Below, piece after piece: positions 11,565 through 24,590 of a stretch of 42,645 nt of DNA; position 1 is the first letter of the stretch; each line of letters opens with the position of its first letter. The position numbers and the translations under genes are program-made. The stretch is taken from NCBI RefSeq assembly GCF_001194135.2, contig NC_068981.1, forward strand, positions 139,300,191 through 139,342,835, in the 5' to 3' direction. The notes under the pieces are model-generated. The model worked only from the letters and a program-made list of their open reading frames with translations, had not been told where the DNA came from and ran no database searches. The stretch comes from Octopus bimaculoides (Eukaryota).

Positions 11565-12394
11565 CCTGGTATCACATAATAAGTTAATGATGTCATTCTG
11601 CTGAATTTGCTGTAACATAGCTTTATATTTCATCTGCTTTTGTTTGAGTCATATCACTGGCATTTCATAAGATTTCGAAGTAATTTTTTATTTTAGTTAC
11701 ATTATTACAAAACAACATCCAATTGAAAAGCGAAGGTTTTTGCCCGTTATAACAGTTGATGCTTCCTTACGTAAGAAATGAAATGTGTTTTCTCCATACC
11801 TCCGTTTTCAAACACCTCATTACTGATCAAAACTATAACAGTGAAGTAAGTGACGAGCATGTTAACTTTAATTAATCAAGTTTGTACCTGTACAGAGGTG
11901 AGGCAAACAGTATTGAACAATGCTTAACTAAACTGAAAGCAAGGGTGGTAAGTGAAAAAAAAAAAAATTTAAAGTTTTTCTCATTTTTCAATTTGAAAAA
12001 ATTAATAGTTATACATTCAGTGTATGTAATACTTTAACAAAAAAAGTTGGGGCGGTGGTGGAAATAACATAATTTAGAAAAGGAACGTGAATTTTTTTTA
12101 TTATAAAAGTGTTGACAATAAAATATATGTATAAAGTGCAATATTTTTCCTTATAGGAAAATGTTACACGTTAAGTAGAAAAAGAAATACAAACACGATT
12201 TGTAACCTAAGTTCAATTTGCTATTTTAAATTGATTTTCCAAAAACAAAACTGACAAAAATGCTAAGCAATTGATATAACACGTTTCCCTTCTCAAACAT
12301 GTTACTTGACAATTTTTTCAACTATATTTCCTTTTTCAAAGTATTATACATACACACACACACACACACACATACATACATACATACATACATT

Positions 12395-12397
<3 letters not shown>

Positions 12398-12461
<64 letters not shown>
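12398..12461. repeat. (TA)n microsatellite running into an assembly gap
   Basis: Directly visible; similar (TA)n or (CA)n edges flank the gaps at 6.3, 21.2 and 26.6 kb. Confidence 0.95.
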
Positions 12462-14330
12462 NNNNNNNNNNNNNNNNNNNNNNNNNNNNNNNNNNNNNNN
12501 NNNNNNNNNNNNNNNNNNNNNNNNNNNNNNNNNNNNNNNNNNNNNNNNNNNNNNNNNNNNNNNNNNNNNNNNNNNNNNNNNNNNNNNNNNNNNNNNNNNN
12601 NNNNNNNNNNNNNNNNNNNNNNNNNNNNNNNNNNNNNNNNNNNNNNNNNNNNNNNNNNNNNNNNNNNNNNNNNNNNNNNNNNNNNNNNNNNNNNNNNNNN
12701 NNNNNNNNNNNNNNNNNNNNNNNNNNNNNNNNNNNNNNNNNNNNNNNNNNNNNNNNNNNNNNNNNNNNNNNNNNNNNNNNNNNNNNNNNNNNNNNNNNNN
12801 NNNNNNNNNNNNNNNNNNNNNNNNNNNNNNNNNNNNNNNNNNNNNNNNNNNNNNNNNNNNNNNTATATATATATATATATACACACACATTCACACACAC
12901 ATAAACGAGAAGAGGTCATACATGACAAATAAGTTTTGCAGATTTAAACATTGTCCATTTGTGAAAGGGGTAAATCACATACTTTGAACTTTTAAATATA
13001 CTTAAACGCAGCTAGCAATTGAAATGAAGATATCGTATTGATAGCTGATAGATCCCACTGTTATAAAAGGTAGTCATTTTCCGAACGATAAGACTCTTTA
13101 ATATCAGTGCTTATATCTGTTTTCCATAGCGTTTAGCAGATGAAAGGCAAATCCTTCTTGAACAGAATATAGAACTATTACAAAAGCGCACTTCTGAAGT
13201 TTGAAATTGAAACCAAAGGTTTCCACAACCTAAGGGATATTTGTGCAGTTTTATTTAATCCATATCATCACTGATCCTGCAGATCTATAATCAAATATAT
13301 TGCTACCATTAACAGCACGTAATTTATTTCAGACAACGTGTATCTAGAATTGCATTAACCAGAGTGAGCTTCCATTTTTCCATGGTGCTAGGATGTGATT
13401 TGAGGGAAGCTTGAGCGCTTTTTCTAGCAAGTGGAGCGAACACGTTAGTGGTTTTCTCGTTAGCTCATTGAAATAGGTGAATTATAGCACCTGATATATA
13501 AAAATATATTGGATTATATTTATATATTATATAAATTTTAGATTGTATACATAAGAATTATATCGGCTTACAGGGTGAATATATATCATTCACTGATTCT
13601 ACTTAGTGTTAAGTGGATTCAGTAGTTATAAGTTATGAGTCTGGACTATAAAATCAACGTAATAGGGAGGACAGAAAAAGGATTGCTGACTATTCAGTCG
13701 GTTTTTGATTCACGATAGAATCAGCGAATATAAATGAATTTCATACACACAAGATTATTTTAGAGAGAACATTCAAAATGTTTGTATCTGTTGCAGCATG
13801 AAGAATAACAGATCTTTTATGCTTCACTATATATGAAAGTGATCGAGAATATTCACCAGTGAATTGTAGCAGTTTGGCTCAGATCAGTCCTTACAAAGTA
13901 GGTCAATGGTTAAAGTTGTTTCAGTATGGCGGTTTAATGTTAGAATAGTTAGAGCTCCGACGAATGCCACGTGATATTTGTTCTAGTTCTTTATGTTCTG
14001 TGTTCAAATCGTGCTGAAGTCAACTTTGCACTCATCCTTCAATGGTCAGTAAATGTAATACAAATGGAATCTTGGTGTCGATTTTTCTCATCACGTTCAT
14101 TTTCACTCCCTCAGACTCAACTACTCTGCAATGAGAGTGGATTGTTGAGTTTCACTCACAATATTCTTTTGCTGCAGGAAATATAAGAGTAACTTCTTCA
14201 TTTGCTTCTCTCCTTTACTCACATACAAAACAAAAATAGAAATGATCATTCAACATATCGCTGTATGGGTAATAGGGAAAGATGTGTTAATTTTCTAACA
14301 GTGTGCCATTTATTTATCACTATTAAATTG

Positions 14331-14544
14331 GTTTCAAATTTTAGCACAAAGCCAGTAATTACGGGAGAGAGCTAAGTCGATGACATCGACCCTCGTGCTC
14401 AACTGGTACTTATTTTATCGACCGCGAAAAAATGAAAGGCAAAGTTGACCTCGGCGGAATTAGAACTTAGAACGTAAAGACAGACGAAATGCCACTAAAT
14501 ATTTTGCCCGGCGTGCTAACGATTTTGCCAACACACTGCCTTTA
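14331..14544 (-). mobile_element. SINE-A, full length
   Basis: Matches the other copies end to end. Confidence 0.9.
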
Positions 14545-15295
14545 ATCACAAATTGACCGTTGAACATTTCAACAGCTATTGTAAAATATACATAAAGGTA
14601 TCTATCGAAATTCAATAGATGTCTGATACATATTTTATTGATTGCGGATGATAAAGAAAAGACCGGTAGACTTGAATGAAGAAATTTAATACGAGGTTCT
14701 ATAATTTCCACCTAAACCCTACTTCGAATAAAGATTATTTTTGTTGTTATTTGGTGGCAGGTAACTACTAATGGAATAATTGTTTAACTGCATGTGTTTT
14801 ACCTGTGACTACCCCGTCCAACACTTTTCAATGTTTTCTTTTTTTGCAAATTTCAAAGAGAGTATGTTGAGATTTACCACTGATTTTGTTGCTATTTGTA
14901 GCATGCAAAACGACCATAGTGAGAAGATACAGTTTCAATGCTAAGGATAAAACTGTTTAATCTTAGTCCGTGCCATGAATGCATAAAAAGTCAATACGGA
15001 TTTATCTGGTAAAGAGCTAAACGTTACCAACAACATCGACTACGACAACAAAAATTCAATGGGTTAATATTCTCATACATTTAAAGAATTGCATTATTTT
15101 ATAAGACAGAAATAACGAACAAACGATCAAGTACAGGTTATTTGGTCCTAAAATGAAAACGGGAGAAATATTGATCGAAAAGAAGGCTGTATCCGTTAAC
15201 ATCATTGTGGGATTAACTTTGAACTAAAGATTTTTAATATTGATAAGGCTCTACATATTTTAAGACAGGGTACAAAAGTTTTTCTTCTCACTCAC

Positions 15296-15422
15296 TGTGT
15301 TCTTTTCCGCATTTTTGTAAACGTTGAGGATACGAGCACTGGGCTTGAACCAGCTAAAGACTTGCAAACATCATCAAATTGTTGACACAAAAGATTAAGG
15401 TCTTGAATGTAAGTTTCCATAC
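15296..15422 (-). CDS. Candidate isolated exon (GMETYIQDLNLLCQQFDDVCKSLAGSSPVLVSSTFTKMRKRT), phase 1 to 2
   Basis: 127 nt open frame between TACAG| and CA|GTGAGT in non-repeat sequence; not linked to the exon chain at 32-42 kb. Confidence 0.4.
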
Positions 15423-15801
15423 CTGTATCATTTAATGAATACAGTCATCAGTTCCCAACGATATTGAGGTATACATTTTTTGTCATACTTGGTTTGTCCG
15501 TTCACACACACACACACACACATCGCAAAAAAGGAGATAAAATGAGAATTCAAATGTATAATTTATGGAACGTGCAGGTTCTGCATAATCTTGGTCCACG
15601 CTATGAACACGAAACAAGATAAAGACGAACTGCGAACGTATAGTTAACATTTCGCGGTTGGTCAGAGACGAGACAGAGATAAACATTAATCATGAAAATA
15701 TTCATTAAAAACACTCAAGGGGAGAGGGGACACTATTAAGGGCATGACAAAGTTAAAGAAAAAAAAAAGAAACCGCATATCTAAGTTTTTTATGACGAGA
15801 A

Positions 15802-16192
15802 TGTTGTTGTTGTTAGCACTCCGTCGCTTACGACGTCGAGGGTTCCAGTAGATCCGATCAACGGAACAGCCTGCTCGTGAAATTAACGTGCAAGTGGCTG
15901 AGCACTCCACAGACACGAGTACCCTTAACGTAGTTCTCGGGGATATTCAGCGTGACACAGTGTGACAAGGCTGACCCTTTGAATTACAGGCACAAAAGAA
16001 ACAGGAAGTAAAAGTGAGAGAAAGTTGTGGTGAAAGAGTACAGCAGGGTTCGCCACCATCCCCTGCCGGAGCCTCGTGGAGCTTTAGGTGTTTTCGCTCA
16101 ATAAACACTTACAACGCCCGGTCTGGGAATCGAAACCGCGATCCTATGACCGCTAGTCCGCTGCCCTAACCACTGGGACATTGCGCCTCCAC
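15802..16192 (-). mobile_element. SINE-B, tail type 1 ending (CAA)n
   Basis: tRNA-like head GTGGAGGCGCAATG...GGTTTCGATTCCC; tail GATCGGATC...GACGGAGTG(CAA)n; highly similar to 38.5 and 39.5 kb. Confidence 0.92.
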
Positions 16193-16400
16193 CATGACAA
16201 TGTTAAACACAAAATAAATCAAATGTGTTCAACGCGGGAAAATGAAAATGTAAAATCGTAGTCCGAGACGAAGACAGAAGGGTAGAGTAGCGAGAGCAAG
16301 TCAGTTGTTCACTATTTGAGTGGCAGAGAAGAGAAGAGAAAGAAACGATGGCAAAGGAAGTGAAGAGTCGAAGTAGAGAAGGATAGAGACACAGATAATG

Positions 16401-16616
16401 GTTTCAAATTTTACCAGTAGGGCAGTAATTTTGGGGAAGAGGATGAGTCGATTACATACATTGACCCCGGTGTTCAACTGGCACTTATTTTATCGACTCC
16501 GAGAGGATAAGTCGACCTCGGCCGAATTTGAACTGAGAACGTATAGACGGACGATACGCCGCAATTCATTTTTGCCGGCGTGTTAACGATTCTGCCAGCT
16601 CGCCGCCTTAAATAGC
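16401..16616 (-). mobile_element. SINE-A with 13 bp TSD
   Basis: GACACAGATAATG at 16388-16400 and 16617-16629. Confidence 0.92.
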
Positions 16617-17344
16617 GACACAGATAATGAGAAGTAGGAGTAAGAGGATCACAGTCAGATAAGAAAATTACGAACAATGGTGGGTTAGAGTGTGTGCGTC
16701 ATAACAAGTAATGGCAAGATACAAAATACAAATGCAGGTGGAATCCACCGGGAGTTCTTCCTTTCCTTAACTATTCAAACAAGGGAATGTGAAGTCTCAG
16801 CGTTAAGGATAGTACAGCTTAACCATAATCCAAGTCATATATGCAGAGAAGATTCATGAAGATTTGTCCGATGAAGAGGAAACAAAGTCAGACCGCAGAA
16901 ATATATGCTTCGCTGTGGGTCAGGGACGAGAGAAATGAATGAGAAGAAGCGATTGCCAAATGGTTAAGCTGTTCAGGCAAGGGAAGAGACAACGGACGCA
17001 GACATAGATGAGTGCTTATGTAGTTTCTTTTGTGTCTATGTGAACTTGGGGATCGATGCTACTCAGTGGTAATTTCGACAAATGTTTTTATTATAAACCT
17101 CGTGTCTTGGTAATCCTTGTCAATGGAAGCTGTTTAGGAAACTGTTTAGCCGGTCAGATGAACTGTTCTTATAATTTAAGGGTCTAATCTTGTCACACAA
17201 TGTGTCATTGATATTCTATTAGAGAATTACATTAAGGATATTCGTATAAGTGGAATACTCAACCACTTCGCACGTTAATTCAATGAACAAATGATGCTCA
17301 TGCAATGAAATCGTCGAGAGAATATTTTCTCTTTAGCTATTTGA

Positions 17345-17345
<1 letters not shown>

Positions 17346-17412
<67 letters not shown>
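17346..17412. repeat. (CTAT)n microsatellite grading into (CTGT)/(CT)n
   Basis: Directly visible. Confidence 0.95.
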
Positions 17413-18267
17413 GTCTGTCTGTCTGCCTGTCTCTCTCTCTTTGGTGACATCGTCATCATCGTTGTCGCCGTCAGACCCTAAATGCATCTGAAATGTTCAT
17501 AATATAACTCAATAATGTTACATGGTTTATCAGCCAGCATATTACTACGCTTTAGGCCTTACATCGTTTCTTAATACGATGTGGATTCGGATTAGATTTT
17601 GATGCATGAGCAAACTACACTGGCAAATTCACATCTCAGTTAAAACGGAAGAAAGAGTTGCAGCATAACATTCAGCAGCAAATATTTAATTAACATGTTG
17701 TGCGTAAACTACTGAGATTTATACTATGTTTTAGCAGCAAGATAACTACAGCTAACAGGCGTTAACAATATAGTTTCTGTCAGATCTCTGAAACTTCTGC
17801 AGTGCAAACTCTGATTGATAAAGTAGGAGAATGTTCTAGGTTTGGAAAACAGTTAACCAATGGAATTGAAAACAACTTGCGTAGGCGGAATTAGCTTCAA
17901 ATATGTCATTTTCCCACATACACACATAAAATGTAAAATTGAAATAAAATGTATTGGATGACTGTAATCTGAAGTATTGTCATTTATGAAGTTTCTAGAA
18001 GTACGAAAGCTAAATTTTTTTCTCATAAATATTTCTCATGGTTGTTGTCAAACTAAAGGAAATAATTCAGATATGTTAAGCCTGAGCAACCAGCGAGTGG
18101 CATCTCCGTAAGCTCCCTCATTGACTCTTCCAGCTCGCTATTGCTTTTCAACTCCAGGTCAACGCTGATTGAACTATTATCACAGCCTTTCCAGGCACGA
18201 CCATTTTATCTATTTAGGGAGTATCCAAAACTATATTAGTCAATGTCTCCTATTTTTCGATATTAAG

Positions 18268-18489
18268 GAACAATTTAAGTCGGTGAGTTAGCAGAGTAGT
18301 TACCATATCGGACAAAATGCTTAGTGGCATTTCGTCTGCTTTTACGCTCTGAGTTCAAATTCCGCCGAGTTAGACTTTTGCCTTTTATCCTTTTGTGGTT
18401 AGTGAAAAAAGTACCAGTTGAGCACTGGGATCGATGTAATCGACCAATCATAATTTAAGGCCTTGTGCTTATAGTAGAAAGGATATTAG
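18268..18489 (+). mobile_element. SINE-A
   Basis: Head GGTGAGTTAGCAGAG, GAGTTCAAATTCC, and tail CCTTGTGCTTATAGTAGAAAGG. Confidence 0.85.
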
Positions 18490-18701
18490 TTTCAAATTTG
18501 GGCACAAGGCCAGCAGTTCCTGTAGAATAGGCAAGTCGATTGCTTCGATCCCAGCGCTCAAATGACACTTATTTTTTTAGACCCCAAACGATGAAGGGCA
18601 AAGTCAACCTCGGCGGAATTTGAACTCAGAACGTAAAGACGGACGAAATGCCGCTTAGCATTTTGCCCAGCGCGCTAACGATTCTGCTAGCTATCCGCCT
18701 G
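18490..18701 (-). mobile_element. SINE-A inserted in the tail of the previous copy, 13 bp TSD
   Basis: GAAAGGATATTAG at 18477-18489 and 18702-18714. Confidence 0.9.
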
Positions 18702-18714
18702 GAAAGGATATTAG

Positions 18715-19034
18715 GGCATATTTATTTATGCGCCTTTTTAAAGCCTAGCTAGGCTCATGGTCCCGGTTTCCCGGTTTCTATGGCGTATGTGTTCCCCCCA
18801 GCTGGACGGGACGCCAGTCCATCGCAGCTTTACTCAAGAAATAGGAAGAAAGAGTGAGAGAAAGTTGGGTCGGAAGAGTACAACAGGGGTCACCATCAAC
18901 TCCTGACGGAGCCTCGTGGAGCTTTATGCGTCTTTTCGCTCAATAAACACACACAACATCCGGTCTGAGAATCGAAACCACGATCCTCTGACCGCGAGTC
19001 TGCTGCCCTAACCACTAGGCCATTGCGCCTCCAC
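18715..19034 (-). mobile_element. SINE-B, tail type 2
   Basis: SINE-B head and body followed by GCGATGGACTGGCGTCCCGTCCAGC...GGAAACCGGG; same organisation as 41228-41550. Confidence 0.88.
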
Positions 19035-19281
19035 ATATAAGGGTATAATTTAAAGTAAAATTGCTCGCTTTTTACAGTAGGTCGATGGGCTGCTCAGCGG
19101 TTCCTAATCCTTACTCAAAAGTAGTTGAAGGTCAATGGTATGGATAAAGAATGATGTAGTTGGGTAATACTTCCCAATGTAGTTGGAAGAAAGTGCAAGA
19201 ATTTGATAATAACATCGTTGATAGAGGTTAATGTAGCACTTAGGTAATAATTGTAGATGGATGACACTATAATAGGTTGAT

Positions 19282-19497
19282 ATAAGACGGCGAGCTGGAA
19301 AAAACGTTAGCCCGCAAGGCGAAATGCTTAGCGGTATTTCGTCTGTCTTTACGTTCTGAGTTCAAATCCCGCCGAGGTCGACTTTGTCTTTCATCCTCTC
19401 GGAGTCGATAAATTAAGTACCAGCTGCGTACTGGTGTCGATCTAATTGACTGGCACCCTATCCCAAAATTTCGGGCTTTGTGTCTAGAGTAGAAAAG
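19282..19497 (+). mobile_element. SINE-A with 14 bp TSD
   Basis: TATAATAGGTTGAT at 19268-19281 and 19498-19511. Confidence 0.92.
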
Positions 19498-19563
19498 TAT
19501 AATAGGTTGATGTGATTTTGTGGGTGATGTCCAATGTATTATTAAGGGGATAATGCTTTACAT

Positions 19564-19902
19564 CAGTGGGTCTCAACCATTTTTTTACCTATCGACCCCT
19601 TTGATACTTATTTTACTCGGGTGGACCCTCAGAGCCATTCGTCGTTTGAAAAAAAGCCAGTAATTTCTGGGGAGGAGGCAAGTCGATTGCTTCGACCCTA
19701 GTGCTCAATTTGAGCTTTATTTTTTAGACCCCCGAAACGATGAAAGGCAAAGTCGATCTCGGCAGAATTAAATATTAATAGAAATTGTATAAAAAACATT
19801 TTGTATATTGTAGACATATAACCAATTTATTGCCCATAAACTCTAGCAACATATCTTATATGGATCCCCAAGCCTCATGTGGACCCCGGTTGAAAACCAT
19901 TG
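19564..19902. mobile_element. hAT (Charlie-like) MITE containing a SINE-A fragment
   Basis: Imperfect TIRs CAGTGGGTCTCAACC / GGTTGAAAACCATTG; 8 bp flanks CTTTACAT / CTTTAGAT; SINE-A piece at ~19657-19772. Confidence 0.8.
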
Positions 19903-22342
19903 CTTTAGATGGAGGACACTTTAATAGTTGCAGAACAACAGTGTGGTTGGAAGATATTGTAACTGTTGAATAATGATGTAGAAGTTGGAAGAGAGTCTGG
20001 TTATTTTTTTTTACATTTTTAATGATTTAGTGAGAGGAGGATGGGAATGTACTATAACTATTTTCAGGGCTACTGATAAAGAAAATATAGCCTGAACAGG
20101 ATAAACTACCCCTATTTTGAGGAAACAGGCTATATTATTAGCATTATCCTGCATTTGAGAATTTAAAATCACTTCTTTAACCTTATAAGATATCTCAACG
20201 CTTCTAAAAGCAAACTTAGTTTGTTTGTTTACGTTTATCGTAATTTGAATTTAAAAAGAAAAGGTTTTACTGGGACCGTAGACCTCATCCGAATGTCTAA
20301 ATGAGGAGATTTTACTAAAGTATCCCATGCGACGTGTGTTGATGTTAAACCAAGAAATGGATTAAGTCATATTCACAAGTTAGACGACAATATTGGAGTA
20401 TAATTTAGCGATTGGAAGAATCGAATGGGTTTGGATGTGGATGATGTAGAGTTATCAGGTTTGGAGAAGTAGAGATCAGTTGTTGCTTATCTTCAAGGTA
20501 TCCCTGATTGAGCAGACTTATGATTAAAGACGTTCTAGCTGTGAGCATTCTGCCTTTTTAGTGATACCAAAATTATATTATCCAAAGTATCCTTTCAATT
20601 CTTAAAGATGGTACAGCTTGATTTAAGGAAGAATTGAGTGCTATTTCTAGTTGCTCAAGTGACTTTCAAAAAGGCTCAGCTCAACCATCGATAAAGTGAG
20701 CACTGTGACGAAGTCTAACAAAGCACTCGTTAATTTCAGAGTACCCCAAATTTTTAAGAATATCTAAGACTGCATATTTCGGATGTACCTGTTAGTATTT
20801 TAAGACGGTAGAGTAAGATTTGATGGAAATTTAATTGCTCTTTTTAGCAAGTCAAGCCATAGTATGGAAGCTGTTTTTCTTTGACTCATGTCAATAGAAA
20901 TGAGGTAAAATGTGCATCTGATGGATACATCTCATCATTGGGTCTAATGATGAGACGTTTCTGAATGTGTTTGAGTACCAGGCAGACGTAATTTACTTTG
21001 GTTCCGTCAGTATGCCCACTATAGAACCAAATAACATTATCTTGGTTGAAGAGAAAAGGAAAACAAACGACCACAGATCGCTATAGCCAATTCATGTCGA
21101 TTGCTTTCACTTTGATATCGAAACGGAGATGAAAAATAACGTAACTCGTATCCTTCATCAATTCATTTCATATCAATATATANNNNNNNNNNNNNNNNNN
21201 NNNNNNNNNNNNNNNNNNNNNNNNNNNNNNNNNNNNNNNNNNNNNNNNNNNNNNNNNNNNNNNNNNNNNNNNNNNNNNNNNNNNNNNNNNNNNNNNNNNN
21301 NNNNNNNNNNNNNNNNNNNNNNNNNNNNNNNNNNNNNNNNNNNNNNNNNNNNNNNNNNNNNNNNNNNNNNNNNNNNNNNNNNNNNNNNNNNNNNNNNNNN
21401 NNNNNNNNNNNNNNNNNNNNNNNNNNNNNNNNNNNNNNNNNNNNNNNNNNNNNNNNNNNNNNNNNNNNNNNNNNNNNNNNNNNNNNNNNNNNNNNNNNNN
21501 NNNNNNNNNNNNNNNNNNNNNNNNNNNNNNNNNTATACACACACACGCATACATATGTATATATATATACTGCCAAAGACAGAGAGAAAATAAACATTTT
21601 CTTAGTATTTCGCTGTGATTCACTTCCAAGCTGTTGTTTTGTGTTCTGATATATTCACTTGATGTATTTTTTTTCCTTGAAGCCATACAAAAGTATATAT
21701 AAATAAAAGGGAAAGAAGACTCAAGATTATTTCCCTCGATTCCTTGTCGATCTGTTTACATTGAAATATTTCCCCCATTTATGATCAAATCGTAACTGTT
21801 TCTATGATTAGTCTCATTCTCAAAGAGAATCAATGAAAGCTATCTCAATGGAAAATACAAGGGAGAAGTGGAGTGATCTTTCAGATATATTCTTCTGGAG
21901 ATTTGTGTAAAACAAATATTGAAGAGAGTGTATTACTGTGTAATTCTATTTGGGAAAATAAATGTCGGAAAGTTATTCTGGATATGTTTGCTATCAGAGT
22001 TTCAAAAGAAAAAAGACAAAATCAACATCACCACCAACGACATAACATTAAAAATGTTATTTTTGTTTCGTACAAGGAAGGATACATCAAGCTTAAATAT
22101 ACCTCGCTATTTCAGAATGTTTACCTCATAGAAATAAGTATATTTGAAACTATATACAAAGATATTTTACATCGGAATAAATCAATGATATTGAAGTAGT
22201 AAATTGAGAACTATCTGACTTTAGGTTATTTAGTTTCATAACATACCTTTCTATTCTTGAATTGAAATTCCTATCGGTATTAATTTTATTTCGCATTTCT
22301 TCAGGTTCTATAAAATAAATACCAATAGCAAATGGGTACACG

Positions 22343-22500
22343 AATGGCTGTAAGGTTAAAACGTTTGCTTTGTAACCATATGGTTTGGGGTTCGATCTCG
22401 CCGTATGGCCCCTTGAGGCAAGTGCCTTCTATCATAATCTCGGATTAATCAGAACCTTGTGAGTAGAATTTGGTTGGCAGAAAGTGCATTGAAGCCTGCT
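22343..22500 (+). mobile_element. Degraded SINE-C 5' half
   Basis: tRNA-like head and CCTTGAGGCAAGTGCCTTCTA CORE-like motif. Confidence 0.65.
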
Positions 22501-23357
22501 GGACATTTTATACACACATATATACACTCACACTGACACACATATTAGATGGAGTGTGCCGATACATTTCTGCGAGGAAAGAACAACAAAAATGATGCTT
22601 GCTGAAAGAAATCTTTTGCGATATTCTTTCTGCAAAATGTTAGTCCCTCTCTTGTCACTGTTGCTCTCAAAATGCATGCTATAACCTTGTGATTGGATCG
22701 ATGGAAATCAGTAACCAACTAGGCCATTGTTAATCAATTGTGACATAAAAAAAAATAACACGTATTGTACTAAGGTGAGAAATTGACAGGGGCATCAGAG
22801 CATCGGATAAAATGCCTGGCGCCCATTTGTTCTGATTCTGTGTACTGAGTTCAAAATCCTACAGAAGTCAAGATTAATTTTTATCCTTTCGAGTTCTACA
22901 AAAAGTACTCATCCAAGTCGGTGGATTAATGGAAATGTAAGAAAGTGAGGCATCTGATTTGGTTAATTATTTTCTGACAGCATGCGGTTACACTGGTGCC
23001 AGGTTGATGGCCATTCTCTTGGATAAATATCTGCAGCGTAGAAATGGGAGACTTGCATGCATGGGAAACAACCAGTCTTCCTAAAAAGAATCTTGCCCAT
23101 AACTGCGCTTATATACATGGCCAACCTTATATGCAAATGAAATTTCAAACAGAATTAGATCCAATATAGTACAAGTAAATTCAAATGACTTTTGTAAGGT
23201 ATTATACTTACATCATGGAATGTGTACGGATGAAAGTCAAAGACGCATTTAAGTGAGTAATAGTAATAGTCTTATTACGCGGTACCGTAGGAAAATGTCT
23301 TCTACTATTGCTCCTTGTGAGTGAATTTTCGAGACGGAAACTGCGTAGATTGCCCGT

Positions 23358-23360
<3 letters not shown>

Positions 23361-23425
<65 letters not shown>
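23361..23425. repeat. (TA)n microsatellite
   Basis: Directly visible. Confidence 0.95.
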
Positions 23426-23430
<5 letters not shown>

Positions 23431-23431
<1 letters not shown>

Positions 23432-23873
23432 TTAAAATTAATCAAAGGACATACTAAGTATATCTACCTGGTGGAAATAACAGTCAAAACTCTTATTTAA
23501 ATCGCCGAAAATAACTGATGATAACCACAGAAATCAACCGTTTGCTCCGTATTGAAACTGCTTTCACACTGGTGGCTGCCGTGTTTCAGTACAAAATGAA
23601 TCAGTTGCAGTGCAGACTTCAACGTGACGGGTCTTGGCTTTCCATCAAGGTAAAGCGTGCCGAGGAAGGTGAGGCAATAATGCCAGTCTAGAAACCGGTC
23701 CACGTGAGTCCAAATATTTGAATGTATGTTGAGAGTTTGTCCTGGCACGATTCCCCCCAAAAGACGGTTGATTTCTGTAGTTATCATCAGTTGTTTTCGG
23801 CGATGTAAATAAGAGTTTTGACTGTTTTTCCAGCACGTAGATATACTTACTATGTCCTTTGATTAATTTTAAT
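23431..23873. mobile_element. Foldback element with ~112 bp inverted arms, probably Penelope-derived
   Basis: 23431-23542 is the reverse complement of ~23761-23873 with only a few mismatches. The centre has a degenerate hammerhead-like motif ending GAAACCGGTC. Confidence 0.75.
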
Positions 23874-24012
23874 CCTTCAGCTATTTAATGCTTTCTTGGG
23901 CCTGCAATCGTTTATATTATTAATTCTGTTATTATCATTTTTAATTGTTACACTAGATAATAATAGAGTCAATAATATCGTCGCAATTATTTTCTCCTGA
24001 ATTATTTGCTCC

Positions 24013-24048
<36 letters not shown>

Positions 24049-24334
24049 CATATATTCAATAAGACATTCAATACTTCATTTCATTTTACTATTTATATTA
24101 TATATTCCATATTCTATATACCACATTAATTTTAGAAGAATATAAATAAAACATAAAAAACAGAGTTGGAACTCTTAAATAATATATATATATATATATA
24201 AAATGTAAAAGCAAAACATTTGGTATCACTCGAAAAAATGATTAGCATATGGATCATGATATAAATAAGGATTTCATAAGCTAAGTATTCTGACTTCGCA
24301 ACATATTCTATATTATATTATATTACATAAATGT

Positions 24335-24590
24335 ATGGGTGTGTGTATTTTTGTTTGTGTTTTATTCTCCCCACCTCTTGGCAATCGCTTTTGGTTTGTT
24401 TACGGCCCCGTAATTTACTGGTTTGGTAAAAATGACCGATGGAATACGCACCTGTGTTACAATAATAAAAAAAGCGAAAAGAACAACAAAAGAAACTCCA
24501 TAAGCTTTGGGGCCGATTTGTCCGACTAAAACTTTTCAAGGCGGTACCCCGACATGGTTGCAATCCAATGACTGAAACAAGTAAAATATT
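24335..24590 (+). mobile_element. SINE-C 3' half
   Basis: GTTTACGGCCCCGTAA...GATTTGTCCGACTAA...AATGACTGAAACAAGTAAAA. Confidence 0.7.

Noticed and set aside
13130-13204. Plus-strand exon-like frame RLADERQILLEQNIELLQKRTSEV after a good acceptor
   Set aside because: No convincing donor and no phase-linked plus-strand partners.
15413-15460. CTGATGA plus hairpin plus GAAA on the minus strand
   Set aside because: Five extra bases lie between stem II and GAAA, and there is no stem III or NUH site; not a hammerhead.
17784-17880. Plus-strand exon-like frame ISETSAVQTLIDKVGECSRFGKQLTNGIENNL
   Set aside because: Isolated, weak donors, and opposite to the supported gene; could be chance.
19040-20470. 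Old GT-rich interrupted sequence, possibly a Penelope-like remnant
   Set aside because: Only a vague LNPFLGLTS resemblance; no diagnostic motif.
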